Assembly: GCF_009914755.1 (NCBI RefSeq)
Contig: NC_060938.1
Direction: 5' to 3' (one strand)
DNA: 64,000 nucleotides
From: the human T2T-CHM13v2.0 reference genome, Homo sapiens
Part shown: positions 14,739 through 26,893 of the stretch, piece by piece
Numbering within the stretch: position 1 is the stretch's first letter
Layout of the letters: every line of letters begins with the position of its first letter
Notes under the pieces: model-generated
What the model saw: only the letters and a program-made list of their open reading frames with translations
Database searches by the model: none
Told to the model about the DNA's origin: nothing
Position numbers and translations under genes: made by a program

Positions 14739-14802
14739 TTTGTTTCGACTGGATCTAACTCTGTCACCCACACTGGAGTGCAGTGGCACAATCTTAGCTC
14801 AC
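14739..14802 (-). mobile_element. Alu 3'-end fragment embedded in satellite (copy 2)
   Basis: CTCTGTCACCCACACTGGAGTGCAGTGGCACAATCTTAGCTCAC; same endpoint as copy 1. Confidence 0.85.
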
Positions 14803-15499
14803 ATTTTATTTCATAGTTGCATTCCATTCCATTTCATTCCATTCTATTCCATTCCATTCCATTCCATTCCATTCCATTCCATTCCCCTGCACTCCGATCC
14901 ACTCCACTAAACTCCACTCCACTCCACTCTGTTCTGTTCCGTTCCATTCTATTCCGTTCCATTCCATTTCGTTCCATTCCATTCAATTCCACTCCACTCC
15001 ATTCCATTCCACTCCACTCCACTCCATTCCATTCCATTCAATTTCATTCTACTGCACTCCGATCCCCTCCACTCAACTCCATTCCGCTCCACTCTGTCCC
15101 CTTCCATTCCATTCTCTTCCGTTCTGTTCCGTTCCATTTCATTCCATTCCATTCCACTCCACTCCATTCCACTCCACTCCATTTCACTATATTCCACTCC
15201 ACTCCACTGCACTCCACTCCAGTACATTTCATTGCACTACATTCCATTATATTCCCCTCCATTCCATTCCATTCCATTCCATTCAACTCCAATGCATTCC
15301 ATTCCATTCCACTCCATTCCATTCCATTCCTTTCCACTCCATTCCATTCCACTCAATTCCACTCCATTCCATTCTGCTCCACTCATTCCACCACACTCCA
15401 CTACTCTCCATTCCACTCCACTCCAATCCACTCCACTCCATTCCATTCCATTCCACTCCACTCCATTCCATTCCATTCTACTCCATTCCATTCCATTCC

Positions 15500-15562
15500 T
15501 TTATTTCGACTGGTCTACCTCTGTCACCCAGACTGGAGTGCAGTGACACAATCTTAGCTCAC
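15500..15562 (-). mobile_element. Alu 3'-end fragment embedded in satellite (copy 3)
   Basis: CTCTGTCACCCAGACTGGAGTGCAGTGACACAATCTTAGCTCAC; same endpoint as copies 1 and 2. Confidence 0.85.
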
Positions 15563-16335
15563 ATTTCATTTCTTCGTTGCATTCCATCCTGTTTCATTCC
15601 ATTCCATTCCATTCATTTCCATTCCCCTGCACTCCGAACCACTCCACTCAACTCCACTGCACTCCACTCCACTCCGTTCTGTTCCATTCCATTCCATTCC
15701 ATTCCGTTTCACTCCACTCCATTCCATTCAACTCCACTCCTCTCCACTTCATTCCATTCCATTCCCCTCCACTCCGATCCCCTCCAATCAACTCCATTCC
15801 ACTCCACTCTGCTCCTTTCAATTCCATTCCATTCTCTTCCTTTCCATTCCTTTCCATTCCATTCCATTCCATTCCATTCCATACCATTCCACTCCACTCT
15901 ATTTCATTCCACTCTATTCAACTTCTTACCACTCCCCTCCACTCCACTCTATTCCATTCCAGTCCATTCCATTCAATTCCACTGCACTCTGATCAACTCC
16001 ACTCCACTCCACTCCACTAGATTCCTTTAAGTTCCGTTCCATTCCTTTCTGCTCCATTCCGTTACATTCAACTCCATTCCATTCCATTCCACTTCGTTCC
16101 ACTCCACTCTATTTCACTCCATTCCACTCCACTCCACTCCAATCCATTCCAATCCATTCCATTCCTTTCCATTCCACTGCACTCTGATACACTCCACTCA
16201 ACTCCATTCCACTCCCCTCTACTCCACTCTGTTCCACTCCATTCCATTCCATTCTGTTCCATTCCATTCCATTCCACTCCTCTCCATTGCATTCCAATCC
16301 TTACCACTCCAATCCACTCCACTTTCCTCCACTCC

Positions 16336-19300
16336 ACTACCCAGAAGCATTCTGAGAAACTTCTTTGTGAGGTGTGCAGTCAACTCACAGATTTGAACCT
16401 ATCTCTTGAATGAGCAGTTTTGAATCTCTCTTTTTGCAGAATCTGCAAGTGTATATTTGGAACTTTTTGAGGCCTAATGAGGGAAAGCAAACATCTACAC
16501 CTAAAAATTACACAGAAGCATTGTGAGAATCTTTTTTGTTAGCTGTGCATTCAACTCACAGAGTCGAAAATATCTTTTGATTGAGCTGTTTTGAATCACT
16601 CTTTTTGCAGAATCTGCAAGTAGATATTAAAGACCTCTGAGGTCTTCTGTGGAAAAGGAAATATCTTCAGATAATAACTACACAGAAGCATTCTGAAAAA
16701 CTTCTTTGTGATGTGTGCATTCAACTCAAAGAGTTGAACCTATCTTTGGATTGAGCAGTTTTGAATCTCTCTTTTGGCAGAATCTGCAAGTGGATATTTG
16801 GAGAGCTTTCAGGCCTACTGTGGAAAAGCAAATATCTTCAAATACAAACTACACAGAAGCATTCTGAGAAACTTCTCTGTGAGGTGTGCATTCAACGCAC
16901 AGAGTCAAACCACTCTATTGATTGAGCAGTTTTGAATCTCTCTTTTGGCAGAATCTGCAAGGGCATAGTTGGAGAGCTTTGAGGCCTATTGTGGAAAAGG
17001 AAGTATCTTCAAATAAAAACTACACAGAAACATTATGAGAAAATTCTTTGCGATGTGTCCATTCAACTCACAGAGTTGAACTTATCTCTTGATGGAGCAG
17101 TTTTGAATCTCTCTTTTTGTAGAATCTTCAAGTTGATATTTGGAGCCCTTTGTGGCCTACGGTGGAAAAGGAAATATCTTCACATAAAAACTACACAGAA
17201 GCATTCTGAGAAAGTTATTTGTGATGTGTGCATTCATCTCACAGGGTTGAACCTATCTTATGATTGAGCAGTTTTGATACACTCTTTTTGTTTAATGAGC
17301 AAATGGATATTTGGAGCGCTTTGAGGCCTACTGTGGAATCGCAAATATCTTCACCTAAAAACTACACAAAATCATTCTGAGAAACTATTTGTGACGTGTG
17401 CATTCAACTCACAGAGTTGAACCTATGTTTTGATTGAGCCATTTTTAAACTCTCTTTTGGTACAATCTGCAACTTGATATTTGGAGCCCTTTGTGCTTTA
17501 TGGTTGAAAAGGAAATATCTTCACATACAAACTACACAGAAGCGTTCTGAGAAACTACTTTGTGATGTCTGCATTCCACTGACAGTCGAACCTCTCTTTT
17601 GATGGAGCAGTTTTGAATCTCTTTTTGCAGAATCTGCAAGTGGATATTTGGAGAGCTTTGAGGCCTATTGGGGAAAAGGAAATATCTTCATGTAAAAACT
17701 ACACAGAAGCATTCTGAGAAACTTCTTTGTGATGTGTGCATTCAACTGACAGAGTTGAACCTAGCTTTTGATTAAACAGTTTTGAATCTCTTTTTTTGTA
17801 GAATCTGTGAGTGGATATTTGGAGCCCTTTGTGGCCTATGGTGGAAAAGGAAATATGTTCAAATAAAAACTACACAGAAGCATTCTGAGAAACTTCGTTT
17901 TGATGTGTGCATTCATCTCACAGGACGAACCTACCTTATGATTGAGCAGTTTTGAAACACTCTTTTTGTAGAAATCAGCATGTGGATATTTGGAGCACTT
18001 TGGGGCCTATTGTGGAAAAGCAAATATGTTCACATAAACACTACACAGAAGCATTCAGAGAAACTTCTTTGTGATGTGTGCATTCACCTCACAGAGTTGA
18101 TTCTTTATTTTGATGGAGCAGTTATGAAACACTGTTTTTGTAGAGTCTGCAAGTGGATATTTGGAGCGATATCAGCCCTATTGTGGAAAAGGAAATATCT
18201 TAACATAAAAGCTACACAGAAGCATTCTGATAAACTTCTTTGTGATGTGTGCATTCAATTCACAGAGTTGAACCTTTCTTTTGATTGAGCAGTATTGAAT
18301 CTCCTTTTTTTTGGAATCTGCAATTGGATATTTGGAGCCCTTTGCGGCCTATGGTGGAAAAGGAAATACCTTCAAATAAAAACTACACAGAAGCATTCTG
18401 AGAAACTCCTTTGTGATGTGTCCATTCATTTCACAGAATTGATCCTTTCTTTTTATTCAGCAGTTTTGAAACAATCCTTTTATAGAATCTGCAAGTACAT
18501 AATTGGAGCACTTTGAGGCCTACCGTGGAAAAGCAAATATCTTCACATAAAAACTACACAGAAACATTCTGAGAAACTTTTTGGTGGTGTGCACATTCAT
18601 GTCACAGATTTGAACGTTTATTTTGATTGAGCAGTTTTGAATCTCCTTTTTTTAGAATCTGCAATTGGATATTTCAATCCCTTTGTGGCCTATGGTGGAA
18701 AAGGAAATACCTTCAAATAAAAACTACACAGAAGCATTCTGAGAAACTTCTTTGTGATGTGTCCATTCATTTCACAGAGTTGATCCTTTCTTTTTATTCA
18801 GCAGTTTTGAAACACTCACTTTACTGGATCTGCAAGTAGATATTTGGATCGCTTTGAGGCCTAACATGGAAAAGCAAATATCTTCACATAAAGACTACAC
18901 AGAAATGAGCAGTTTTGAATCTCCTTTTTTTAGAATCTGCAATTGGATATTTCGATCCCTTTGTGGCCTATGGTGGAAAAGGAAATACCTTCAAATAAAA
19001 GCTACACAGAAGCATTCTGAGAAACTTCTTTGTGATGTGTCCATTCATTTCACAGAGTTGATCCTTTCTTTTTATTCAGCAGTTTTGAAACACTCCTTTT
19101 ATAGAATCTGCAAGTACATATTTGGAGCGCTTTGAGGCCTACCGTGGAAAAGCAAATATCTTCACATAAAAACTACACAGAAACATTCTGAGAAACTTTT
19201 TTGTGGTGTGCACATTCATGTCACAGAGTTGAACGTTTCTTTTGATTGAGCAGTTTTGAATCTCCTTTTTTTAGAATCTGCATTTGGATGTTTTGATCCC

Positions 19301-22300
19301 TTTGTGGCCTATGGTGGAAAAGGAAATAACTTCAAATAAAAACTACACAGAAGCATTCTGAGAAACTTCTTTGTGATGTGTGTATTCAACTCACAGAGTT
19401 GAACCTATCTGCTAATTGGGCAGTTTTGAATCTCTCTTTTTGCAGAATCTGAAAGTTGCTATTTGGAGAGCTTTGAGGCCTATTGTAGAAAAGGAAATAT
19501 CTTCGCATAGAAACTACACAGAAGCATTCTGAGAAACTTCGTTGTGAGGTGTGTATTCAAAACACAGAGTTGAACCTACCTTTTGAATGAGCAGCTCTGA
19601 ATCTCCCTTTTTGCAGAATCTGCAAGTGGATATGTGGAGAGTTTTGAGGTCTATTGCTGAAAAGGAAATATCTTCAAATAAGAACAAAACAGAAGCATTC
19701 TGAGAAACTTCTTTGTGATGTGTTCATTCATCTGAAAGAGTTGAAACTTTCTTTTTATTGAGGAGTTTTGAAACACACTTTTTGTAGAATCTGCAAGTGG
19801 ATATTTGGAGCCCTTTGTGGTCTATGGTGGAAAAGGAAGTATCTTCACTTAAAAACTACACAGAAGCATTCTGGTAAACTTCTCTGTGATGTGTGCATTC
19901 ATCTCACAGAATTGAACGCATCTTATGATTGAGCAGTTTCCAATCTCTCTTTTTGTAGAATCTGCAAGTGGATATTTGCAGCCCTTTGTGCCCTATTGTT
20001 GAAAAGGAAATATCTTCAAGTAAAAACTACACAGAAGCATTCAGAGAAACTTCTTTGAGAGGAGTGCATTCATCACACAGTGTTGAACGTTACTTTTCAT
20101 TGAGCAGTTTTGAAACACTCTTTGTAGAATCTGGAAGTGGATATTTGGAGGGCTATGAGGCCTATTTTGGAAAAGAGTATATCTTAACATAAAAACTACA
20201 CAGAAGCATTCTGAGAAACTCCTTTGTTATGTGTGCATTCAACATCCAGAGTTGAACCTATCTTTTGATTGAGCAGTTTTGATTCTCTCTTTTTGCAGAA
20301 TCTTCAAGTGGATATTTGTAGCGATTTGGGGCCTACGGTGGAAAAGCAAATACTTCAAATAAAAACTACACAGAAGAATTCTGAGAAACTTTTTTGGAGA
20401 TGTGCATTCAACTCACAGAGTCGAAACTACCTCCTTAGTGAGCACTTTTGAATCTCTCTTTTTGCAGAATCTGCAAGTGGATATTTGGAGAGCTTTGAGG
20501 CCTATTGTGGAAAAGCAAATATGTTCACATAAAAACTACACGGAAGCATGCTGAGAAACCTCTTTGTGATGTGTTCATTCATCTCACAAAGTTGAAACTT
20601 TCTTTTGATTGAGCAGTTTTGAAACACTCTTTTTGTAGTATCTGCAAAGGGATACCTGGAGCGGTTTGAGGCCTATTGTGGAAAAGGAAGTATCTTCACT
20701 TAAAAACTACACAGAAGCATTCTGAGAAACTTCTTTGTGATGTGTGCATTCAACTCACAGAGTTGAACCTTTCTTTTGATTGAGCAACTTTGAATCTCTC
20801 TTTTTGTAGAATCTTCAAGTCCATATTTGGAGCCCTTTGCACCCTATTGTGGAAAATGAAATATCTTCAAATAAAAACTACACAGAAGTATTCAGAGAAA
20901 CTTCTTTGTGATGAGTGCATTCATCACACAGAGTTGAACCTTTCCTTTGATTGAGCAATTTTGAAACACTCTTTTTGTGGAATCTGGAAGTGTATATTTC
21001 AAGAGCTTTGAGGCCTATTTTGGAAAAGGAAATATCTTCACATAAAAACTACACAGAAGCATTCCGACAAACTTCTTTGTTATGTGTTCATTCGACTCAC
21101 AGATTTGAACGTATTTTTTGATTGAGAAGTTTTCAATCTCTCTTTTTGTAGAATCCGTAAGTAGATATTTGGAGCCCTTTGCACCCTATGGTGGAAAAGG
21201 AAATATCTTTAAATAAAAAGAGCACAGTAGCATTCTGAGAAACTTCTTTGTGATGAGTGCATTCATCTCAGAGAGTTGAACCCTTCCTTTGATTGATCAA
21301 TTTTGCAACACTCTTTTTGTAGAATCTGGAATTGGATATTTGGAGGGCTTTGAGGCCTATGGTGAAAAAAGAAATATCTTCACATAAAAACTGAACAGAA
21401 GCATTCTGAGAAACTTCTTTGTGATGTGTGCATTCAACTCACAGAGTTGAACAGATCTTTTGATTGAGCAGTTTTGAATCTCTCTTTTTGTAGAATCTGC
21501 AAGTGAATATTTGGAGCCCTTTGTGCTCTTTGGTGGAAAAGGATATATCTTCAAATAAATACTACACAGAAGCATTCAGAGAAACTTCTTTGTGATGAGT
21601 GCATTCATCACACAGAGTTGAAACCTTCCTTTGATTGAACAGTTTTGAAACACTCTTTGCAGTATCTGCAAGTTGATATTTGGAGAGATTTGAGGCCCAT
21701 TGTGGAAAACGAAATATCTTCACATGAAAACTACACAGAAGCATTCTGGGAAACTTCTTTGTGATATGTGCATTCAACTCAGAGAGTAGAATCTATCTTT
21801 GGACTGGGCAGATTTGAATCTCTCTTTTGTAGAATCTGCAAGTCGATATTTGGAGCCCTTTGCGGCCTATAATGGAAAAGGAAATATCTTCAAACTGAAA
21901 CTACACAGAAGCATTCTGAGAAACATCCTTGTGATGTGTGCATTTGTCTCACAGAATTTAACCGTTCTTTTGATTGAGCTGTTTGGAAACACTCTTTTTG
22001 TAGAATCTGCAAGTGGATATTTGGAGCGATTTGAGGCCTATTTTGAAAAAGGAAATATCTTCACATAAATACTGCACAGAAGCATTCTGCGAAACTTCTG
22101 TTATGTGTGCATTCAACTCACAGTGTTGACCCTATCTTTTGATTCAGCATTTTTAAATCTCTCTTTCTGTAGAATCTGCAAGTGGATACTTGGAGCACTT
22201 TGTGCCCTATGATGGAAAATGAAATATCTTCAAATAAAAACTACACAGAAGCATTCTGGGAAACTTCTTTGAGAAAAATGCATTCACCACACAGAGTTGA

Positions 22301-25300
22301 ACCTTTCTATTGACTGAGTAGTTTTGAAACACTTTTTTTGTAGAATCTGGAAGTGAATATGTGAAGGGCTTTGTGGTCTATTTTGGAAAAGGAAATATCT
22401 TCGGATAAAAACTACACAGAAGCATTCTGGGAAACTTCCTTGTTATGTGTGCATTCAACTCACGGATTTGAACCTATCTTTTGATAGAGTAGTTTTGAAA
22501 CTCTCTTTTGGTAGAATCTGTAAGTGGATATTTGGGGAGCTTTGCAGCCTATGGTAGAAAATGGAATACCCTCACATAAAATATAGACAGAAGCAAACTG
22601 AGAAATTTTTTTATGATGTGTGCATTTATCTCACAGAGTTAAAACTTTCTCTTGATTGAGCAATTTTGCGACTCTCTTTTCATAGAATCTGGAAGTGGAC
22701 ATTTGGAGCTCTTAAAGGCCTATGGTGGAAAAGGAAATATCTTCACATAAAATCCAGACAGAAGCAATCTGAGAAACTTCTTTGTGATGTTGCATTCATC
22801 TCACAGAGTTAAATCTTTCTTTTGATTGAGGAGTTTTGAAACACTCCTTTTGTAGAATCTGCAAGTGGATATTTGGATCACATTGAGGCCCATCGTGGAA
22901 AAGGAAGTATCTTCATATAAAAACTAGACAGAAGAATTCTGAGAAACATCTTTGTGATGAGTGCGTTCATCTCACAGAGTCAAAAATTTCTTTTGATTGA
23001 GCTGTTTGGAAACACTCTTTTTGTAGAATCTGCAAGTGGACCTTTGGAGCGCTTTGAGGCCTATGGTAGAAAAGGAAAGATATTCACATTAAAATCTAGA
23101 TAGAGGCAATCTGAGAAAGTTCTTTGTGATGTGTGCATTCATCCCACACAGTTAAACCTTTCTTTTGATTCAGTAGTTTTGAAACTCTCTTTTTGTAGAA
23201 TCTGCAAGTGGATATTTGGAGAGATTTTAGACCTATGGGGGAAAAGGAAATATCTTCACATAAAAACTAGATAGAAGAATTCTGAGAAACTTCTTTGTGA
23301 TGTCTGTGTTCATCTCATAGAGCTGAACATTTCTTTTGATTGAGCAGTTTGGAAACATTCTTTTTGTAGAATCTTCAAGTGGACATTTGGAGTGCTTTGC
23401 AATCTATGGTATAAAAGGAAATATCTTCACATAAAATCTAGACAGAAGCAACCTGATAAACTTCTTTGTGATATGTGCGTTCATCTCACAGGGTTGAAGT
23501 TTTCTTTTGATGGACCAGATTTGAAACTCTCTTTTTGTAGAATCTGCAAGTGGACATTTAGAGTGCTTTGTGGCCTATGGTGGAAAATAATGTATCTTCA
23601 CATAAAAACTAGACAGAAGAATTCTGAGAAACTTCTTTATGATGCCTGTGTTCTTCTCACAGATTTGAACCTTCTTTTGATTGAGAAGTTTGGAAACACT
23701 CCTTTTGTAGAATCTGCAAGTGGACATTTGGAGCGCTTTGGGGCCTATGGTATAAAAGGAAATATCTTCACATAAATTGTAGACAGAAGCAATATGAGAA
23801 ACTTCTTTGTGATGTGTGCATTCATCTCACAGAGTTAAAACTTCCTTTTGATTGAGCAGTTTTGAAGCTCTCTTTTTGTAGAACCTGCACGTGGACATTT
23901 GGGGCGTTTTGAGGCTTACGGTGGAAAAGGAAATATCTTCGCATAAAAACTAGACAGAAGCATTCTGAGAAACTACTTTGTGATGTGTGCATTCATCTTA
24001 CAGAGTTGAACCTTTCTTTTTATTGAGCAGTTTGGAAAAACTTTTGTAGTAGAATCTTCAGGTGGACATTTGGAGTGCTGTGCGGCCTAGGCTGGAAAAA
24101 GAAATATCCTCACATAAAATCTAGACAGAAGCAATCTGATTAACTTCTTTGTGATGTGTGCATTCATCTCACAGAGTTAAAACTTTCTTTTGATTGAGCC
24201 CTTTGGAAACTCTCTTTCTGTAGAATCTTCAAGTGGATATTTGGAGCGCTTAAAGGCCTATGACAGAAAAGGAAATATCTTCATATAAAAACAAATCAGA
24301 AGAACTCTGAGAAACTTCTTTGTGATGTGTGCATTCATCTCACAGAGTTGAAACTTTCTTTTGATTGAGGAGTTCAGAAACACTCTTTTTGTAGGATCTG
24401 CAAGTGGATATTTGGAGCGCTTTGTGGCCTATGGCAGAAAAGGAAATATCTTCAGACAAAATCTAGACAAAAGCAATATGAGAAACTTCTTTGTGATGTG
24501 TTCATTCATCTGAAAGAGGTAAACTTTTTTTGATGCACGAGTTTTGAAACTCTCTGTTTGTAGAATCTGCAAGTGCACATTTGGAGCGCTTTGAGGACTA
24601 TGGTTGGAAAGCAAATATCTTCAAATAAAAACTAGGCAGAATTCTGAGAAACGACTTGGCGATGCGTGCATTCATCTAACAGAGTTGAATCTTTCTTTTG
24701 ATTGAGCAGTTTGGAAACACTCTTTTTGTAGAATCTGCAAGTGGACATTTAGAGCGCTTTGCGGCCTATGGTAGAAAAGGAAATATCTTCACATAAAATC
24801 TGGACAGAAGCAATCTGAGAAACTTCTTTGTGATGTGTGCATTCATCTCACAGAGTTAAAGCTTTGTTTTGATTTAACAGTTTTGAAACTCTCTTTTTGT
24901 AAAACCTACAAGTGGATATTTGGAGCACTTTGAGGCCTATATTGGAAAAGGAAATATCTTCATATAAAATATAGACAGAAGTAATCTGATAAACTTCTTT
25001 GTGATTGGTGCATTCATCTCAGAGGGTTGAAGTTTTCCTTTGATGGAGCAGATTTGAAACTCTCTTTTTGTAGAATCTTCAAGTGGATATGTAGAGTGCT
25101 TTGTGGCCTATGGTGGAAAATAACATATCTTCACATAAAAACTAGACAGAAGAATTCTGAGAAACTTCTTTGTGATGCGTGCATTGTTCTCACAGAGTTG
25201 AACCTTCCTTTAGATTGAGCAGTTTGGAAACTCTCTTTTTGTAGAATCTGCAAGTGGACATTTGGAGCGCTTTGGGGCCTATAGCATAAAAGGAAATATC

Positions 25301-26893
25301 TTCACATAAATTGTAGACGAAGCAATCTGAGAAACTTCTTTGTGATGTGTGCATTCATCTCACAGAGTTAAAGCTTTCTTTTGATTGAGCAGTTTTGAAA
25401 CTTTCTTTTTGTAGAATCTGCAAGTGGACAATTTGAGCACCTTGAGGCCTCTGGTGGAAAATGAAATATCTTCACATAAAAACTAGACAGAAGAATTCTG
25501 GGAAACACCTTTGTGATGTCTGTGTTCATCTTACAGAGTTGAACCTTTCTTTTGATTGAGGAGTTTGGAAAGAGTCTTTTTGTAGAATCTGAAAATGGAT
25601 ATTTGGAGTGCTTTGCAGTCTGTGGCAGAAAAGGAAATATCTTCAGACAAAATCTAGACAGAAGCAATTTGAGAAACTTCTTTGTGATGTGTGCATTCAT
25701 CAGAAAGAGGTTAACATTTTTTTTTTTTTGATGAAGGAGTTTTGAAACTCTCTGTAGAATCTGCAAGTGGACATTTGGAGCACTTTGAGGACTATGGTGG
25801 GAAAGGAAATATCTTCACATAAAAACTAGATAAAAGAATTCTGAGAAACTTCTTTGTGATGTGTGCGTTCATCTGACAGAGTTCAATCTTTCTTTTGAAT
25901 GAGGAGCTTGGAAACATTCTTTTTGTAGAATCTGCAAGTGGACATTTGGAGCGCTTTGCGGCCTATGATAGAAAAGGAAATATCTTCACATAATATCTAG
26001 ACAGAAGCAATCTGAGCAACTTCCTAGTGATGTGTTCATTCATCTCACAGAGTTAAACCTTTCTTTTAATTCAGAAGTTTTGAAACTCTCTTTTTGTAGA
26101 ATCTGCAAGTGGACATTTGGAGCGCTTTGAGGCCTATGGTAGAAAAAGAAATATCATAACATAAAATCTATACAGAAGAAATCTGAGAAACTTCTTTGTG
26201 AAGTGTGCATTCATCTCACAGAGTTGAACCTTTCTTCTGATTGAAGAGCTTTGAAACTCTCTTTTTATAAAATCTTCAAGTGGACATTTGGAGTGCTTTG
26301 AGGTGTATGGTGGAAAAAGAAATATCTTCACATACAATCTAGACAGAAGCAAGAAGAGAAACTTCTTTGTGATGTGTGCATTCATCTGACAGAGTTGGAC
26401 CTTTCTTTTGATGGAGCAGTTTTGAAACTCTCTTTTTGTAGAATCTGAAAGTGGACATTTGGAGCGTTTTGCAGGCTATGGTAGAAAAGGAAATATCTTC
26501 ACATGACATCTAGACTGAAGCAATCTGAGAAACTTCTTTGTGATGTTTGCATTCATCTCACAGAGTTAAACCTTTCTTTTGATGGACCAGTTTTGAAATA
26601 TTCTTTTGTAGAACCTGCAAGTGAACATTTCAAGCGCCTTGAGGCCTATATTGGAAAATAAATTATCTTCACATAAAAACTAGACAGAAGAACTCTGAGA
26701 AACTTTTTTGTGATGCGTGCATTCATCTCACAGAGTTGAATTTTCTTTTGGTTGAACAGTTTGGAAACACTCTTTTTGTAGAATCTGCAAGTGGACATTT
26801 GGATCGCTTTGGAGTCTATGGTAGAAAAAGAAATATCTTCACATACAATCTAGACAGAAGCAATCTGAGAAACTACTTTGTGATGTCTGCATT
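16336..26893 (+). repeat. Alpha satellite block 2
   Basis: About 171-bp units CAGAAGCATTCTGAGAAACTTCTTTGTGATGTGTGCATTC on +; opposite orientation to block 1; no CENP-B box seen. Confidence 0.97.

Larger units (their letters stand above)
11771..16335 (+). repeat. HSat3-like pentamer satellite, (CATTC)n mixed with (CACTC)n
   Basis: About 4.6 kb of degenerate CATTC/CACTC pentamers with the recurrent motif TGCACTCCGATCCACTCCACTCAACT. Produces the spurious HSIPF/MEWNG ORFs. Confidence 0.93.

Noticed and set aside
11825-16337. Long ORFs up to 451 aa (HSIPF/HSTPL and MEWNG repeats)
   Set aside because: Pentamer repeats lack stop codons in most frames; overlapping ORFs on both strands are an artefact with no gene structure.
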